Assembly (NCBI RefSeq): GCF_018350175.1
Contig: NC_058368.1
Coordinates: forward strand, 87,050,001-87,114,000
Direction of reading: 5' to 3'
Source of the DNA: Felis catus
Lineage: Eukaryota
Length of the DNA: 64,000 nucleotides
Both the position numbers and the translations under genes were made by a program. Positions within the stretch are counted from its first letter, which is position 1. Each line of letters opens with the position of its first letter. Of this stretch, positions 62,625-64,000 are shown in pieces. The notes under the pieces were generated by a model. It saw only the letters and a list, made by a program, of their open reading frames with translations, searched no databases and was not told where the DNA came from.

Positions 62625-64000
62625 CTTATTCTGTGTACAACCAAAACTGCACTATTTTTTTTTCCTGAAATTCACTCTCAGTTCACATGGCTGCAGCTGA
62701 TATTTAGAATTACCTTATTTTACTACACATTACATATTCCCTTTGCCTTCAGCAAGTACCTCAGCTGGTTGAGGTTCTTTACTTTCATTCCTGAAATTTG
62801 TGGGCCATTTGTAGTTCTACCTAAATCGGGTTGTTGTAGTTTTCCATTGACTTTAATCGTATGGCATGTTAGTATTAAGGAGACACCTAAGGAATCTCCT
62901 GGATTCTAGACATATTTTTCCTTACCTCCACTCTGGAGTAGCAGACCAATTTCCCGTTGGTAGTCAGGGTAACTACCCCAGCCAGCACCAGTAATTCCCT
63001 TCTCTGCCTGTTGATCCAGAGATATGAGACTAAAGTGGTTAGATGGTAATCTTACCTACCAGTTCATTGAAAATATTGTTTCTCCTGGTCAAAGCATTCC
63101 TTCTTTTGGAATCTCTGACCCAGCAGAGCATAAGTTTTTGAGGATAGGAAGCAAAAATGTTGCCAGTGGGTCACTGGGGGTAATAGTGAGTGGTGTCACC
63201 TCCATTTACACTTTTGTGTATGGAACTGTGGGATCTGGGACTGTGAATACTGGTTATGCAAGAAACAATACCATATACTAGACACTGATTTAAAGCATGT
63301 ACAATCTTCTGGAGAACCTTTCCTCAAAACTGAAAGGTACTGCCACATAACTGGCACTGTAATCGAGTCTTCAAAAGACATTCTCAATTTTTTATCAATC
63401 CAACTACTTCAGGAAAGTAGGGAACATGGCTAGTGAATTCCATTATCATGGGCCCACTGCTACACTTCTTTCTCTATGCAGTAAGTTTCTTGATTAGAGG
63501 CAATGCTGTGTAGAATATCATGATGGTGGATAAGGCATACTATAAGTCCACAGATGTATATTGGGCAGAAGAATCGCATGCAAGAAAAATTGATATCCAA
63601 AGTGTGAATTCCAGTAATGACAAAACACTTTCCCTTCCATGATGGAAATGGTCCAATGTAATCAACCTGCCACCAGATAGCTGGATGATTACCTTTGAAA
63701 TTATACCATATTAGACTCTCACGGTTGGTCTGTTGCTGGCAGACTGCACTCAGCAGTGACCATAAAGCGGTAGACCTTCATAACTGGAAGTCTGTGTTGA
63801 TGAGTACATGCATAACCTCCATCCTTTCCATCATGGCCACTTTGCATGAGCCCCTAGGGCAATGGCAGGGTGGTTGGGAAAATAGGCTGAATGGTGTCCA
63901 CAGAACAGGTTATCCTATCCACTTGGTAATTAAAATCCTCCTCTGCTGAGGTCACACTTTGCTGAGCACTCATTTGGAACATAAATATCTTCACATTTTT
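62625..64000 (-). mobile_element. ERVL internal region (decayed integrase and downstream dUTPase-like sequence)
   Basis: Minus strand reads QSGHDG (HHCC region, about 63835), IWWQVDYIGP (first D, about 63650-63680) and ILHSIASNQ (about 63490-63515); disrupted frames. Confidence 0.88.

Noticed and set aside
1..64000. CRISPR, operon or other prokaryote-type system
   Set aside because: Mammalian DNA; recurring motifs are SINE/L1 copies and no regularly spaced repeat array was seen.

Overview
Mammalian genomic DNA from a feliform carnivore, most likely a felid, judged by SINEC_Fc-type tRNA-derived SINEs and L1_Fc-type LINE-1. It is an AT-rich, repeat-dense olfactory receptor (OR) cluster. The only host genes are two minus-strand family-2 OR pseudogenes. 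The first is an OR2G2-like gene (14594-15526) with a nonsense codon and a 12-bp TM1 deletion. The second is an OR2G-like gene (48514-49445) with a frameshift plus a nonsense codon. The rest is nested LINE-1s of several ages, about 33 Can-SINEs, an ERVL provirus split by L1s, two solo LTRs, a Tigger-type DNA transposon, MIR/L2 relics and microsatellites. I found no novel protein-coding system. The most unusual signals are structural. Two locally templated insertions contain inverted copies of nearby sequence (15899-15992 and 44732-44779). A ~0.9 kb GC/CpG-rich foreign-looking segment with a strong CTCF motif sits at the breakpoint of an inversion inside an L1 (56222-57150). There is also a clean twin-priming 5'-inverted young L1. 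Repeat subfamily names are from recalled consensus sequences and need RepeatMasker/Dfam confirmation. Most repeat boundaries are approximate.
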